Assembly (NCBI GenBank): GCA_963693365.1
Contig: CAVNZM010000008.1
Location: 3,563,572-3,627,571 of the forward strand
From: Amoebidium appalachense
Lineage: Eukaryota > Protista > Ichthyosporea
DNA length: 64,000 nt
Reading direction: 5' to 3'
Shown: piece after piece, positions 12,162 through 25,336 of the stretch
How positions within the stretch are numbered: the stretch's first letter is position 1
How the letters are laid out: each line of letters begins with the position of its first letter
The notes under the pieces: generated by a model
What the model was told of the DNA's origin: nothing
What the model saw: the letters and a program-made list of their open reading frames with translations, nothing else
The model's database searches: none
Position numbers and translations under genes: made by a program

Positions 12162-12283
12162 TCTCCCTCCCTCCCTCCCTCCCTCCCTCCCTCCCTCCCT
12201 CCCTCCCTCCCTCCCTCCCTCCCTCCCTCCCTCCCTCCCTCCCTCCCTCCCTCCCTCCCTCCCTCCCTCCCTCCCTCCCTCCC
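12162..12283 (+). repeat. (CCCT)n tetranucleotide microsatellite
   Basis: About 30 near-perfect CCCT units, read directly. Confidence 0.95.
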
Positions 12284-12459
12284 TCTCTCTCTCTCTCTCT
12301 CCCCCCCCCCCCCCCCCCCCTCCCCCCTCTATCTCTGCCGCAAAGGCTTCTCTCGCGCGCTCTCTCTCCGCCCCCCCTCCCCCCTCTCTTTCTCTCTTCC
12401 TCTCTCCCTCCCGATCTCCCTATCTCCCCTCCCCCTACCCGTGTCTTTACCCAACCACC

Positions 12460-12501
<42 letters not shown>

Positions 12502-12640
12502 ACGCTTTCACTAAAACCTCCCATTGGTAATTTATGTTGATGCTCTCAGTTATAATTCCATTTTTGTCACATTGCCTGGTGTTATCGCGATTGTTGTCCC
12601 CCCCCCCCCCCCCCCCCCCTCCCTCCCCCCGTTCGTATGC

Positions 12641-12716
<76 letters not shown>

Positions 12717-12930
12717 CAAGCACGGCCAACAAACATTATCCACACACAACTACGGCCCTAGCCCAAGCCACTTTTTTCGGCGTCACACGAAACTTTATAG
12801 AACCTGGCAGGATCAGAGTAGTTAAAACAGTACTCTGTGTGTTCAACTCCAAATCGCAAACTGATTCGATATGGTGGTGTCTTCTAGAGTTATTACTATT
12901 CTATTTAGTTATTATTATTTATTTTTTTTC

Positions 12931-12982
<52 letters not shown>

Positions 12983-13085
12983 TTTTGGAGAGGTCGAAGG
13001 TCTATGGGGTTGTGTACACGTGTGCAGAGGTGACCACAGGTGGTGGGTGGGTGGTTGGGTGGGTGGGTGGGGGGGAGGGAGGGGG

Positions 13086-13198
13086 TTTGAATGCGAAACA
13101 CGGTACGAAGTACGCATACACGCTGAGAAGCATGGTGTAGGACACATGCAAAGGCAAACATATAAGTATGCAACATCAGCCATGAGCACAGTATGCGT

Positions 13199-13199
<1 letters not shown>
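13086..13199 (-). mobile_element. 3'-tail-only copy of the dispersed repeat (subfamily B)
   Basis: tttgaatgcgaaacacggtacgaagta..ggacacatgcaaaggcaaacat..agccatgagcacagtatgcgtc, bounded by G tracts on both sides. Confidence 0.8.
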
Positions 13200-13232
<33 letters not shown>

Positions 13233-13590
13233 GGCTATATTGACAGGCAACTGTCACCAAACAGGGATCATTAAACTTTATTTGCCAGTCCGGAAACACG
13301 ACATGGACCACATGGATACGTACATACAGATACAGCTGGAATACATACACCCCTATATGTAAATGTCATATGCTACACGGCCATTAGCTAGAACCAAAGA
13401 GACAGAACAACAAGCTACTACAAACAAGATAGCCAAGACAAATTCGTTCAAACCACTACCGGACAAACCAAACCACTTCACAAACATTCAGGCATTTTAA
13501 ACTGCGCGTGTGAACACTCCCACAAGTGAGCCAAGGGTGGAAATGTCCAAGAACGTTTCATTGTGTGCGTGTGTAGGCTTTTGTGTGTTT

Positions 13591-13763
<173 letters not shown>

Positions 13764-13849
13764 TGTGAAGAAGCAAAGAAGACACGTTTGGAGAGGTCCC
13801 CGGGGGTGGGGGCGGGGGTAGGGGGTGGAAGGAAGACGGGGGGCGGGGA

Positions 13850-13881
<32 letters not shown>

Positions 13882-14058
13882 ATGTATGCGTTAGAGGGTT
13901 GGATATAGGAGGAGACAACAACGAGCATCAACAAAACGTCACAAAAGCGGGAAGTCCAAAATCAAATAATTGAAGCATGCAGGCAGACGACACTTGAACA
14001 GAGCCCATCATCAGGGGAATTCCTATGCCTCCGGGTAGTATGTGAGCAACGACGCAAT

Positions 14059-14280
14059 GGACACATGCAAAGGCAAACATTCAAGTATGCAACATAAGCC
14101 ATGAGCACAGTATGCGTCATAAGCAGAGCCCATCCTCAGGGAAGGCCCAAGTCATCAATTGCGTCTGAGTTTCGACCCCTTAGCCCGCGTATATACGACA
14201 CTCCAACTCAGACAGCAGCATCAACTGAACTTGGGTGGGTCAACCCGTCTTGATCAAAGACGAGCAGGGTTGCTTATGCA
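14059..14280 (-). mobile_element. Subfamily B copy retaining the complete structured 5' domain
   Basis: Plus strand ends cccgtcttgatcaaagacgagcagggttgcttatgca like the 2254-2494 copy; internal stems show compensatory substitutions. A short extra fragment (cagagcccatcatcagggg) lies at ~13999-14017. Confidence 0.85.
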
Positions 14281-14406
14281 AGCAAGGTGAGCAAAACGGT
14301 GAATATGTGTGTGCAAACTAATGCAGTGCAGCGAAAAATGCGTATGTGCTTACAGATGCACGACACAGAGCAACCATGCCCGGTTGCATGGAAGTAAAGG
14401 GGGGCC

Positions 14407-14441
<35 letters not shown>

Positions 14442-14449
14442 TATCGAAA

Positions 14450-14741
14450 AGCAGCAAAGCAATGAAGCAAATAAGCGAAAAGACAAAGAAGCAAAGAAGC
14501 AAGGAAGCAAGGAAGCAAGGAAAAGAAGAAGCAAAGAAGCAAAGAAGCAAAGAAGCAAAGAATTTATGAGTCCCCGAGGGGTGGGAGGAAAGGGAGAGGG
14601 GGTGGAGGAGGGGGGGGAGGGGAAGGGGGGTTTTTTTGGGGGGGGGGAGGGGGGGGGGGGGGTGTATGTGAGCAACGAAGCAAGGAAGCAAAGAAACAAG
14701 GAAACAAAGAATTCATGAGTCCCCGAGAATTGGGGGGCAAA

Positions 14742-14788
<47 letters not shown>

Positions 14789-14879
14789 TGGAAGCAACAA
14801 AGAAAGGAAGCAAAGAAGCAAAAAAAACAAAGAAGCCAAAGAAATGATGTGTCCCCGAGGGGTGGGGGGAAACGGAGGA

Positions 14880-14916
<37 letters not shown>

Positions 14917-15109
14917 GTATGTGAGCAACGAAGCAAAGAAACGAAGAAACGAAGAAGCATAGAGGCAAAGAAGCAAAGAAGCAAAGAAGCAAAGAATCCA
15001 AAAAATAAAATGAGTCCCCGAGGGATGGGGGGAAAGGGAGAGAGAGAGAGGTGGGGGGGGGTATTTAAAAACATGAAACAAAGAAGCAACGAAGCAAAGA
15101 AGCAAAGAA

Positions 15110-15154
<45 letters not shown>

Positions 15155-15322
15155 GAGTGTGAGAAGTAAGGCGGCAAAAAAGCAAAGAAGCAACGAAGGA
15201 GAGCAACGAAAGAGGGGAGGTCAGAAGCAAGGAAGCAAGGAAGCAAGGAAGCACAAAACAAAGAAGCAAAGAAGCAACGAAGCAACGAAGCAAAGGAGCA
15301 AAGAGGCAAAGAAGCAAAGAAA

Positions 15323-15354
<32 letters not shown>

Positions 15355-15495
15355 AGTAGGGGAGCAAAAAAGCAAAAAAGCAACGAAGGAGAGCAACGAA
15401 GGGAAAGGAGGTCGAAAGCAACGAAGCAAGGAAGCAAGCAAAGAATCAAGGAAGCAAAGAAACAAAGAAGCAAAGAAGCAAAGAAGCAAAGAAGC

Positions 15496-15533
<38 letters not shown>

Positions 15534-15929
15534 AAGAAGTAAGGGAGCAAAAAAGCAAAGAAGCAACGAAGGAGAGCAACGAAGGGAGGGGAGGTCAGAA
15601 GCAACCAAGAAGGAAGCAAGGAATCACAAAACGAAGAAGCAAAAAAGCAAAAAAGCAACGAAGGGAAGCAACGAAGCAAAGAAGCAAAGAAGCAAAGAAG
15701 CAAGGAAGCAAGGAAGCAAAGAAGCAAAGAAGCAAAGAAGCAAAGAAGCAAAGAAGCAAAAGTGAACAAAGAAGCACGAATAAATGAATGAGAGCCCGAC
15801 AGTTGGAGGTACCCCGGGGGGGGGGCACGGAAACAAATACGCAAGGAAGAAAAAAGAAAAGAAGCAACAAATGGGTGAGTTCCCATGGAAGAGAAGGGGG
15901 GTAGGGGGGGGGGGGGGGGGGGGGGGGGG

Positions 15930-15967
<38 letters not shown>

Positions 15968-16100
15968 ATGAAGCAAAGAAGCAAAGAAGCAAGGAAGCAA
16001 GGAAGCAAGGAAGCAAAGAAGCAAGAAGCAGGGAAGCAAAGAAGCACAAATGAACAAGCCCCTATGAGAGAGAGGGAGGGGAAGATGGGGGGGGGGGGGG

Positions 16101-16171
<71 letters not shown>

Positions 16172-16433
16172 ACGGAATTAGGGAAGCAAAGAAGCAAGAA
16201 GCAACGAAGAAACGAAGAAAAGAAGAGAAGACACGAGAGAGCAACAATGAATAGGCCACAAAGGGAAGAGGGAGGGTTTGGGAGAAAAGGTGGGGGGAGG
16301 GGAGGGGGAGGGGGGGGTAGTACAAAACAACGTATCATAGAACCAACCGAACAATGGGTCCCTGAGGGGAGGGGGAGTATAGAAGCAAGGGAGTAAACAA
16401 GCAAAGAAGCAACGAACAAATGAGTCCCCCCCT

Positions 16434-16493
<60 letters not shown>

Positions 16494-16830
16494 AACATGG
16501 AAGCAAAGAAGCAAAGAATGAATTAGTCTCCTAGGCGGGGGATGGGGGAGGGGGGGTAGAGGTATGTGGAAGCAAGGAAGCAATTTAGCAAAGACTCAAA
16601 GGCTCGAAGAAGGTAAAAGAAGCAAAGAAGCAAAGAAGCAAAGAAATCACAGGGGAAGAGGGGTGGGGGAGGGGAAGGGGGGCTGTATGGAAGGCTACCA
16701 GGCAAATAAGCAACGAATCATAGAAGTAGGGTAACAAAGAAGCAACTAATGGATGAGTCCCCGAGAAGTGGGGGGGAAAGGGAGGGGGGTGGGGGGGGGA
16801 AGGAGGGGTATGGAAGCAACGAAAGAAAAC
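14450..16830 (+). repeat. Octamer satellite (GAAGCAAA / GAAGCAAG / GAAGCAAC)n interrupted by poly-G tracts
   Basis: Many tandem GAAGCAA(A/G/C) units in blocks, with recurring ATGAGTCCCCGAG and GGAGAGCAACGAAG motifs. Confidence 0.9.
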
Positions 16831-16889
16831 CTGGCCAAATTGAAGGTAACCGGTCAAAGGGCTGGGAGGGGTGAGGTGGGTGGAGGTGC

Positions 16890-16945
<56 letters not shown>

Positions 16946-16958
16946 GGGGGAGGAGGCC

Positions 16959-16994
<36 letters not shown>

Positions 16995-17195
16995 GGTAAG
17001 GCCCAGTTCCAACAAGAATAAAACTAACACAGCAACGAAGTAGAGGACCAAAGAGGTCCCAATAGGATGGTGCAGATGGGGAAACTCAGCATACAGGGAG
17101 ACGAGTTAGGAAGAAGAAGAGGAAATGCGAGTGCGCGCAGGTGTGTGTGTGTGTGTGTGTGTGTGATTGTGTGTGTGCGTTGTATGTGTGTGGGT

Positions 17196-17261
<66 letters not shown>

Positions 17262-17786
17262 TGAGCGCGCGTGTGTGTGCGTGTGTGTGTGTGTGCGTGT
17301 GTGTGCGTGTGGGTGTGGGTGTGGGTCTGTGCTTGGAGGAAGAAGAGAGTGGGATGAGGGGACGGGAGGAGAGGGAGGAGGGTCCGGCTACTTGAATTTA
17401 CCCTTTGTTTTGACATAGCTGTCGAGCAGAAACAACGGGTCCATGGAGGTTGGCGTCATCTTAGGGTTAACTGTAACCCCACCGTGAACACCAATAAGCG
17501 CTGTATGGCGCCATACAACAACAAACGGTTTCCCGTTTGTGCGTTTGCACAGAACCGTGCCAGACTCAACATTGTGCACGGTGGCCACCGCGGCCGGGTC
17601 CATCTGCATGGGACATGGGAATACAGGTGTGTGAGGTTTGGAATAAAGATGTGTGAGGATGTAAACTGGAAAAAAAAAAACCAAGAAGGTCAATGGGCGT
17701 TTCAGTGAGTGATCGTGGACACAAAAACCTTGTACTTGTTCATCGTGAGTCTTGTGGGTGTGTGGATGCTTGTGCAGCACTTGAAG

Positions 17787-17867
17787 TGTGCGCGTGCGCG
17801 TGCGCGTGCGCGTGCGCGTGCGCGTGCGCGTGCGCGTGCGCGTGCGCGTGCGCGTGCGCGTGCGCGT
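17787..17867 (+). repeat. (GCGCGT)n alternating purine-pyrimidine repeat
   Basis: About 13 perfect hexamer units; composition is Z-DNA-prone. Confidence 0.9.
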
Positions 17868-18958
17868 GTGTGTGTCGGCGGGCGCACGGGTATGTGTGTG
17901 TGTGCTTGCGTGGGCCTGCGAGTGTGAATGTGAGAGCGCGCGCGCGTGTGTGCGTGTGCCTGCGTGCGTGTGGGTTTGCATGGGCGGGCGCGGCGTGCGT
18001 GTGCGTGCTCGTGCGAGCACGCGAGTGTATGCATGTTGCTGTGTGTGCCTCCGTGTATGGGTTTGCGGGTGTGTGCGTACGCAAGAGTGTATGTAGGTTG
18101 CTGTGTGCGTGCAAGAGTTTGCTTCGTGCTTGCAGCGCTGTGGTTTACAGCTAGTGTATTCCAAAAGCCAAAATGTGGCTATGGGATAGTCACATGGCAG
18201 TGCTGGAAAAAAATAAAGCGGTGTACCTTAAAAAGGCCGACCAAGTAGCAGGTCGCACCTGAGCACCCTTGGGAGTTGGCATGCACCCGGCCTGTACTGT
18301 GGCCAGAAAAGCGGGACGCGGTAATTGTTTGACCAGGCTGAAACAGAAGGCTACACAACAAAAGAAAACTGGCAGAAACGCACGCAATAGTGAGATTGGT
18401 ATGGAACACTTCGAAGGGTGTTGTGTGTCTGCCGACGTTTGACGTGTGACGGTCTTCAGCAAAGCGTTTTGGCGGGAAAACGAACCTGTACAGGGTATGC
18501 ACTTAATTGAAATGGGGCAAGATGACGGGCATGACATTAAAAGGCAAATTTGACCGAATGTGCCATAGAGGGGCACCTGTGTAGTCTTGGGGGGCTCGCA
18601 TCAATCTCGGGCACGGTCCAAAAAAGATGATTATGGCTTGGCGGTGTAATCGGTTTCTGGTGTCTCCTGCTCGTATGTGTAATATGTGTGGGGGGCGGTT
18701 TACTCGCGGCTGCATATCTATCAATAAATGCAACCTGTTAGCTAATGTATTAGAACCGGAGGTTATTGGCGGTTTTATTCTCTTTTCTTCATCTCTTCCT
18801 CAATATATCCGTTTTAAGATGACTATCCTAGATCACCTTATTAATGCTGCACAGTATGATATTGTGATCCGGTGCCTTAACTTTCTGTCGGAGCTACCGA
18901 TGCTAGCATCTGCTTACCCATAATATGTAATAGGGGTGTCAGATCCTACGATGGCGCT

Positions 18959-19696
18959 CATTGTTGCCTAGCATGTACATATGTCACTGGCTGCATTTGA
19001 TTGGCTGTGCTGGAAAACGCAGTAGGCCGTCGAATGTGGCTGGGCCTCCGGCAATGTCCACGCAATAAAAAGTGTGTAAACCCCGCTAAATGCATTTACG
19101 GTGTCTATCCCCAAAATTCGCATTGGAATATTGGGCGCGCAGATCATCCGACCAATCAATCGTGTAGTCTCCCTGTACTCCTGCATTCCTCTGAACCGGC
19201 CGGCTCTAGGTGACGAATTCGAAGTTGACCTCTCAGTGGATTGATCTATGAGCAGCCATTTTCTCTATTTCTCAACCGTTATTACTGCATAATGACTTCT
19301 ATATTTTTCGCTTTGGATTTGTTCATGTGAGAGGTGATGAATCAAAAACCAATACTGCTGTTATCTATAAACAATAGAATGGCTTCTATTTTTTCTTTTG
19401 ACTGGATTTATTCGACGGAAAGATATGCAAGTATGCACGGCATACTGAGACGGACAATAAAAACTTCACGAGTTATCCAATAACAAGTGCTTCTATTTTG
19501 CTGGGCATATCAATAAAGTCATTATAAAATAAAAAAAATTCATGGTCATGCATATATATGCATATATGCAGGGGTTTACCCACTTTTTATTGCGTGGACA
19601 CTGCCGGAGGCCCAGCCACATTCGACGGCCTACTGCGTTTTCCAGCGCAGCCAATCAAATGCAGCCAGTGACATATGTACATGCTAGGCAACAATG
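18959..19696. mobile_element. Non-autonomous DNA transposon / MITE with ~125-bp TIRs
   Basis: 18959-19084 (cattgttgcctagcatgtacatatgtcactggctgc...gtaaacccc) is the near-perfect reverse complement of 19571-19696. No ORF and no clear TSD. Confidence 0.88.
19393..19488 (-). mobile_element. 5'-truncated LINE 3'-tail retrocopy nested in the MITE, with 11-bp TSD
   Basis: Nearly identical to ~42593-42688 (LINE stop codon, 3' UTR and A-tail); flanked by GCTTCTATTTT at 19382-19392 and 19489-19499. Confidence 0.88.
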
Positions 19697-21132
19697 GTAT
19701 TGATCGTGTATATATATACCGTACACGCCTAATGCATGTGCATGCTCAATGGTTACCTGTACTGAGCTGGTACGGTTGCATTCGCCTACAAATATACAGT
19801 GAGCCAATATGTAAAATACTGAGCTGAAACCGTTAGTATAAGTCGCGGATCATGCTGGTGTAGCCTCTTTTTGGACCTGACCATGTGAAAAATCTGATGG
19901 CCAAAATACGCGGATCTCAGAATGTTTAGAAAAGCATGAAAACTATGGTGACCACATGATTACTATAATTAGGAATGCAATACACAATAACGGATAAAGG
20001 AATTTGCGTTGTCTTACATCTTGTGCTTGTCTGTTACATGGAAATGATTAAATCTATAAGGGGAAGGGGGGAGGGGGGGGAAGCGGGATGGAATCAGAAA
20101 GTTCTCAAAAATAACGACCGGTTTCATGAAGTAAACCATACTGTGAGACTCGGTTTGGACTGTTCTCGTCGTGTACTGCATGATGGTGCGTCGACATTCC
20201 ATCATTCAGGAGGACATATAAAAAGAAACCAATCATTGAATCCCCTTGAATTGGGCCAGACGGGTCACGGGTGTCCCTAACTGCTTGTTGCTAGACCGAC
20301 TACATAATGAAGCTTCAACTAGTTGTAATAGCAGTGATTTTGAGGCAACACATTCTTAATCTTATTCTTGGCCCAATTTAGCGCCACCCAGGCTAGATGC
20401 GATTTGTGAACAAAAATGCCCCCCAGCCTAGACAATTTTTACACCCTGGGCATAAAGCGCATGGACGAATCTGATTGGATTATATTGCTTAATCCTCGGG
20501 GTTTGCAATTGTTTCAGCAGTAAACTTCTCCTTGGAAATAAGTCTTGTACTACTACCTCTGTTTCCATATCCATGGCCAAGCCTGGCCTATTTTGCCCAA
20601 TTTCCTGCTGCTGTTCCCTTCAAGTGTACATTACTAAAGCTTTGACAGGTTGTGATTACAAAAATTGCGTCATCATGCATGCAGTACCACGTAACGTATC
20701 TTCGTGCATGATGCTGCATGACGTGTGTGCCGTGTGCCACATGTGTGTCGTGTATGTGTGTGTGTGTGTCGTGTGTGTGTGTGTGCGTTTATGTTTTTGT
20801 GCTTGTATGTGCGCGTGTGGCGTGCGTGTGGTTTTGTGTGCCACAGTGGCAAGCGTGTGCGTGTGCACGTGTTCAGACGATGCATGCATATGCACGCGTG
20901 ACTTCGTGTGTGCCGAGCTACATGTACAGCGAGTGGCCCCTAGCTATAGCTAAGAAAGAGAGAGTGGTACTACTAAGAGATTGATCGATAGAGAGAAAGC
21001 GAGAAGTATACATAGAGAGATAGAGACAGAGAAAGAGCGAGGAACAGATATGTGTGAGAGAGGGAGGGGAGGGAGAAGAGGGAGAGAGCTCGAGAGAGAC
21101 AGTTAACTAACTGAACTTATAATTAGCCTTCT

Positions 21133-21378
<246 letters not shown>

Positions 21379-21837
21379 ACGCTGTAGTGAGACGAGAAAG
21401 GGACTCCCTCCTCACCTGGCAAGTGCCCAACTGCATGTTGGAGTGCAGACTTACGCTCACTCCACAATATGTTTATGTTAGCTTTACAATTGGTTCCGTG
21501 TACACAGACACACGCTGACACTCGATCACCACATGCACATCTGCATAGTTGAGGAATGTTGCCAATTGTGTTTTGACTGCAAACGATTGGTTCACTGGGC
21601 CCAGAGATCTCTATATGAAAGTAACCAATCCGATTAGCGCCTGGCATCCGGATTACATTCCAGACTGCTGCCCCACGGGTATATAAGCCACGTCTCTGCC
21701 AGGTGCAGTCATGGAGTTCAGTCATGGAGTTAACACACTGAAAGCAGTAAAAAACGGGTCAGCGCCCAAGCGCGCCACGACGACCCTAGTCACAGCGGAC
21801 TCTACTTCCAACACTGCATTGGTTGAATCGACTTGCT

Positions 21838-22198
21838 CCGAGCAGAATTATTCTGCAAAAGGCAGAGTACTATCTATGGTTAATCTTTTAGAAAAATTAT
21901 TCTGCAAAAGCAGAATTACTCTACAAAAGCAGAATCATTCTGCTAAATATCAGAATCAATCTGCAACCAGCAGAATCAATCTGCTAAACGCAGAATCAAT
22001 CTGCTAAAAGCAGAGTTATTCTGCTGTCGAAGGCAGAACTTATGTAATTGAATTCTGCTTTTGCGGAATGTGGTCCTGCTTTTGCAGAATAATTCTGCAA
22101 AAAGCAGAATAATTCTGCTGAAAGTGATTCTGCTTGTTCAGAATAATTCAGATTTTTTCAGAATAATTCAGTTCTTTGCCTGATTCCGCTTTTGCAGA
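21838..22198. repeat. Array of short palindromes GCAGAAT(N)ATTCTGC, foldback-like
   Basis: More than 10 degenerate units at ~20-bp spacing; left units read gcagaattattctgc/gcagaatcaatctgc and right units read gcagaataattctgc. Confidence 0.75.
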
Positions 22199-22608
22199 AC
22201 TTCTGTGGTTGGGCCCTCTCTCTGGCCCTCAGAGGTCTGACATCTGCGAGGGAGAGCTTCAAGTGGCCTACACTGAGCGTTACGTCACCGAGAGAGCACG
22301 CACTGGAGCACGTGTGTGCCGTGCATTGCATGCGTTTGTGCATACGCGTTATATCATGTGTCCGTTTGCTTTGCAACCTGCTGGCCCATGACTAGAAAAT
22401 GTCATATGTTAGTAAATGTGTGTGTGTGTGTCAGTGTGACACAGCCGGATATATTATGTGTGTGTTTCAAATATAAGAGATTCTCGTGAGCGCAGGCTCA
22501 ATGCCCGGGTCACCGCACGTGGTTTGCCAAGTGTGTGTATCGTGGTGTATGTGGGCCGTGTCCGTATGCACATGCGTCACGGCGCATTTCACGGTCATGG
22601 TGTGTGCC

Positions 22609-22689
<81 letters not shown>

Positions 22690-22692
22690 CTT

Positions 22693-22729
<37 letters not shown>

Positions 22730-23252
22730 GACTGTGTGTGTGTGTGTGTGTGTGTGCACGTGTGTGTGTGTGTGTGTGTCACGGTGTGTGTGTGTGTCAC
22801 TTTGTGTGTCACGGTGTGTGTGTGCGTGTGTGTGTGTGTGTCATGCCATTAGTGTGTGTGTCACGGTGTGTGAGCGTGTGTGTGTGTGCACGGTGCATGT
22901 GTGTGTGTGTGTGTGCGTGCGTGACGGGGTGTGTGTGTGTGTGTGTGCGTGCGTGTGTCACACCGGTAACTGCCCGGTTTGTGCGTGGAGGCGTGTGCCA
23001 CGGGTGTGCGTGTGTTTGCTACAGTATTCTTGCTGATGCCGAATCACGTATGTAGTAGTAGTTAATCTGTAAGCGATGGCCAGATAAGTTTTGAAAGGGG
23101 TGTTTAAAAGAAATCCACACGTGTGCACCTGCCCGGTGCTGAAAAACTTGAGGGAGGCCGTGCGGGCAGTAGCCACTGAGCCGGGCCAGGGGGAAAGGGG
23201 AGGGTGTTAATAGTCAATAAGTTAGTTATTGTGCTAATAGGCCTAGCTCGAA

Positions 23253-23321
<69 letters not shown>

Positions 23322-23473
23322 GGGGGGAGGTAGTGGGGTTCGACTGAAGCCTGACGATGGACGCATCGTGATTCATGTGAAGCCAATGCCATGCTTTGAA
23401 CGAGTGAGCAATACATGTGCACATTGAGAACGGTGAGACTCCGTGAGATTTCAAGTGGATAGATAGGCGTGGC

Positions 23474-23899
23474 CGGAGGCTCAGAGGAATATGTCACAGT
23501 GGCACAGTGTCACTATCTACTGAGTTCTGTCTCAGTCACTAACACGGCACCTAGTGAGTCTCAGTGTACCCTAACTAGCCTATTAGGGTGCGTTTTTTTC
23601 ATTATAATCGATGCAGTCACAGCAACACAAACTACCTATCCTAACTACTCAGCACACCGTGACTCCGTCAGTGAGCTCACAGCTTTAATATCATTTGAGT
23701 TGAGCAGCTGCCAGGAGTACGTGCAGGGAATCTCCCCCCCCACCCCCACACCCCTTTTCCCTGTAGCAGTACAAGATGTAGCCTCGTACCAAATGTAGCC
23801 GACCCCCCAAATCACCTATAGTACCAGTTTAGTTAGTGACTGAGACAGAACTTAAAATAGTGACGCTGTGCCACTGTGACATATTCCTCTGAGCCTCCG
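23474..23899. mobile_element. MITE with ~70-bp TIRs
   Basis: cggaggctcagaggaatatgtcacagtggcacagtgtcactat..agttctgtctcagtcactaac (23474-23543) versus its reverse complement at 23832-23899. No TSD recognised. Confidence 0.85.
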
Positions 23900-24222
23900 C
23901 CCCGGGGAACAGAACGGGACAAACCATAAATCTATACGTGGCCTGACCTTATGTGTGCATAAGATGATTTTGTTGTCACCGTCTAGAGATAAGTGATCGG
24001 TTTCTTTAACACTGAATGGCATACATTCTCCCGGCTGCTTTATCTAAGTTGCTGCCAACTATGTTGGTGAAGCCTTGCCAAATTGGTATACTCAAAACGA
24101 TGTGTGTCTGAATATCCGTATATGTGCAATCATGCATCATATCCTATCATTCCCATCTCTCCCTTGGGAAGAGGGGGAGGCGGGCAGGCGGGGGAGGGGG
24201 GGGATCCGGAGGGGAGGGGGAA

Positions 24223-24255
<33 letters not shown>

Positions 24256-24775
24256 GCAATCATTAAGCAATAATTACCAAGTATTTGGGTTCAACTAGGC
24301 ATTAGCTGCTATAGTGATCATATCCCCGATAACGGTTCAAGGTGATTGTATCTTTGTATTCCGGGCCACCGGCCCTACATCTTTAATGTTGCCTCAAGCC
24401 TGATCGCATCCAATTTGAGACCTCAAAATCGCCTCCGATCTAGGGCATGTCGCCCCCCATAGAATCGAGATATGTAAGAAGTGGGCACGTCAAAATGTCC
24501 GTCTTGATGTCTACTCTAAATGCACCCGGAGGTTTACGCTGTTTACTCGAGGCAAAGAGAGACCAGTCTCAGGTATGGGGGCGGTTTTGCTTGGAATATC
24601 CCCTCGGCGGTATATCATGATCAAGTACATAGATGTCGGGTGATGATTATATATCAGGGTTTACTTTCTCTTCGAGGCACCATAAAGACTAAGAAAACCA
24701 ATTAGTTGGGTTCCCCGTTTTTGTTGTTTTTTTTTGTTTTTTTTTCCCGGGCTCCCCTGGGACACTCGGTATCAG

Positions 24776-24864
<89 letters not shown>

Positions 24865-25336
24865 AGAATTTTGTAATGATGTGTTTCTCAAGCCAATCAA
24901 TACATCCGTAATAAACAGGTCATAGTTACGCGTGTTTAGTATAAAATCAAGGATGTTGTAATTTTCAGGTAGGCTATCTTTCTGGGTGTCTGTTGTGAAT
25001 GTGTCGTGTGTGTGTTGCGGTATTATGTGGTCTATCAAACTACATTTGGCGATACAAAATCGTTTAAACTGGTGTGTGTGTGTGTTGTTTGGGCATAAAA
25101 ACGATGCCACCTTATACTTATTAGATCTCCACTGTATAGCACGTGTACAGTAAAAGCGTGGCAATTGATCAATAATGCCATCAGCTAGAGAAAGACCAGT
25201 TCTACTGAAGGTAATATGTATTTAGGTGTTATACATTTGCAAGTGCCATATTTGGCAATATGGTTAAGGAGGTCATTATATAAAAAACGAGACATTAGGC
25301 TTAGTTTTTCAAGGCGTCTGCTTTCATCGGGTCTAG

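Noticed and set aside
14274-16506. Long Leu/Cys/Phe/Pro-rich ORFs (444, 303, 288 aa)
   Set aside because: Translations of the GAAGCAAA satellite and poly-G tracts; open in several frames simply because the repeat lacks stop codons.
18240-18340. FSGHS motif suggesting a DIRS/Crypton tyrosine recombinase
   Set aside because: Lacks the HxxR spacing and the downstream W/Y motifs; short and stop-bounded.
21838-22198. CRISPR array
   Set aside because: Eukaryotic context, degenerate units with no unique 25-45 bp spacers, and no cas genes.
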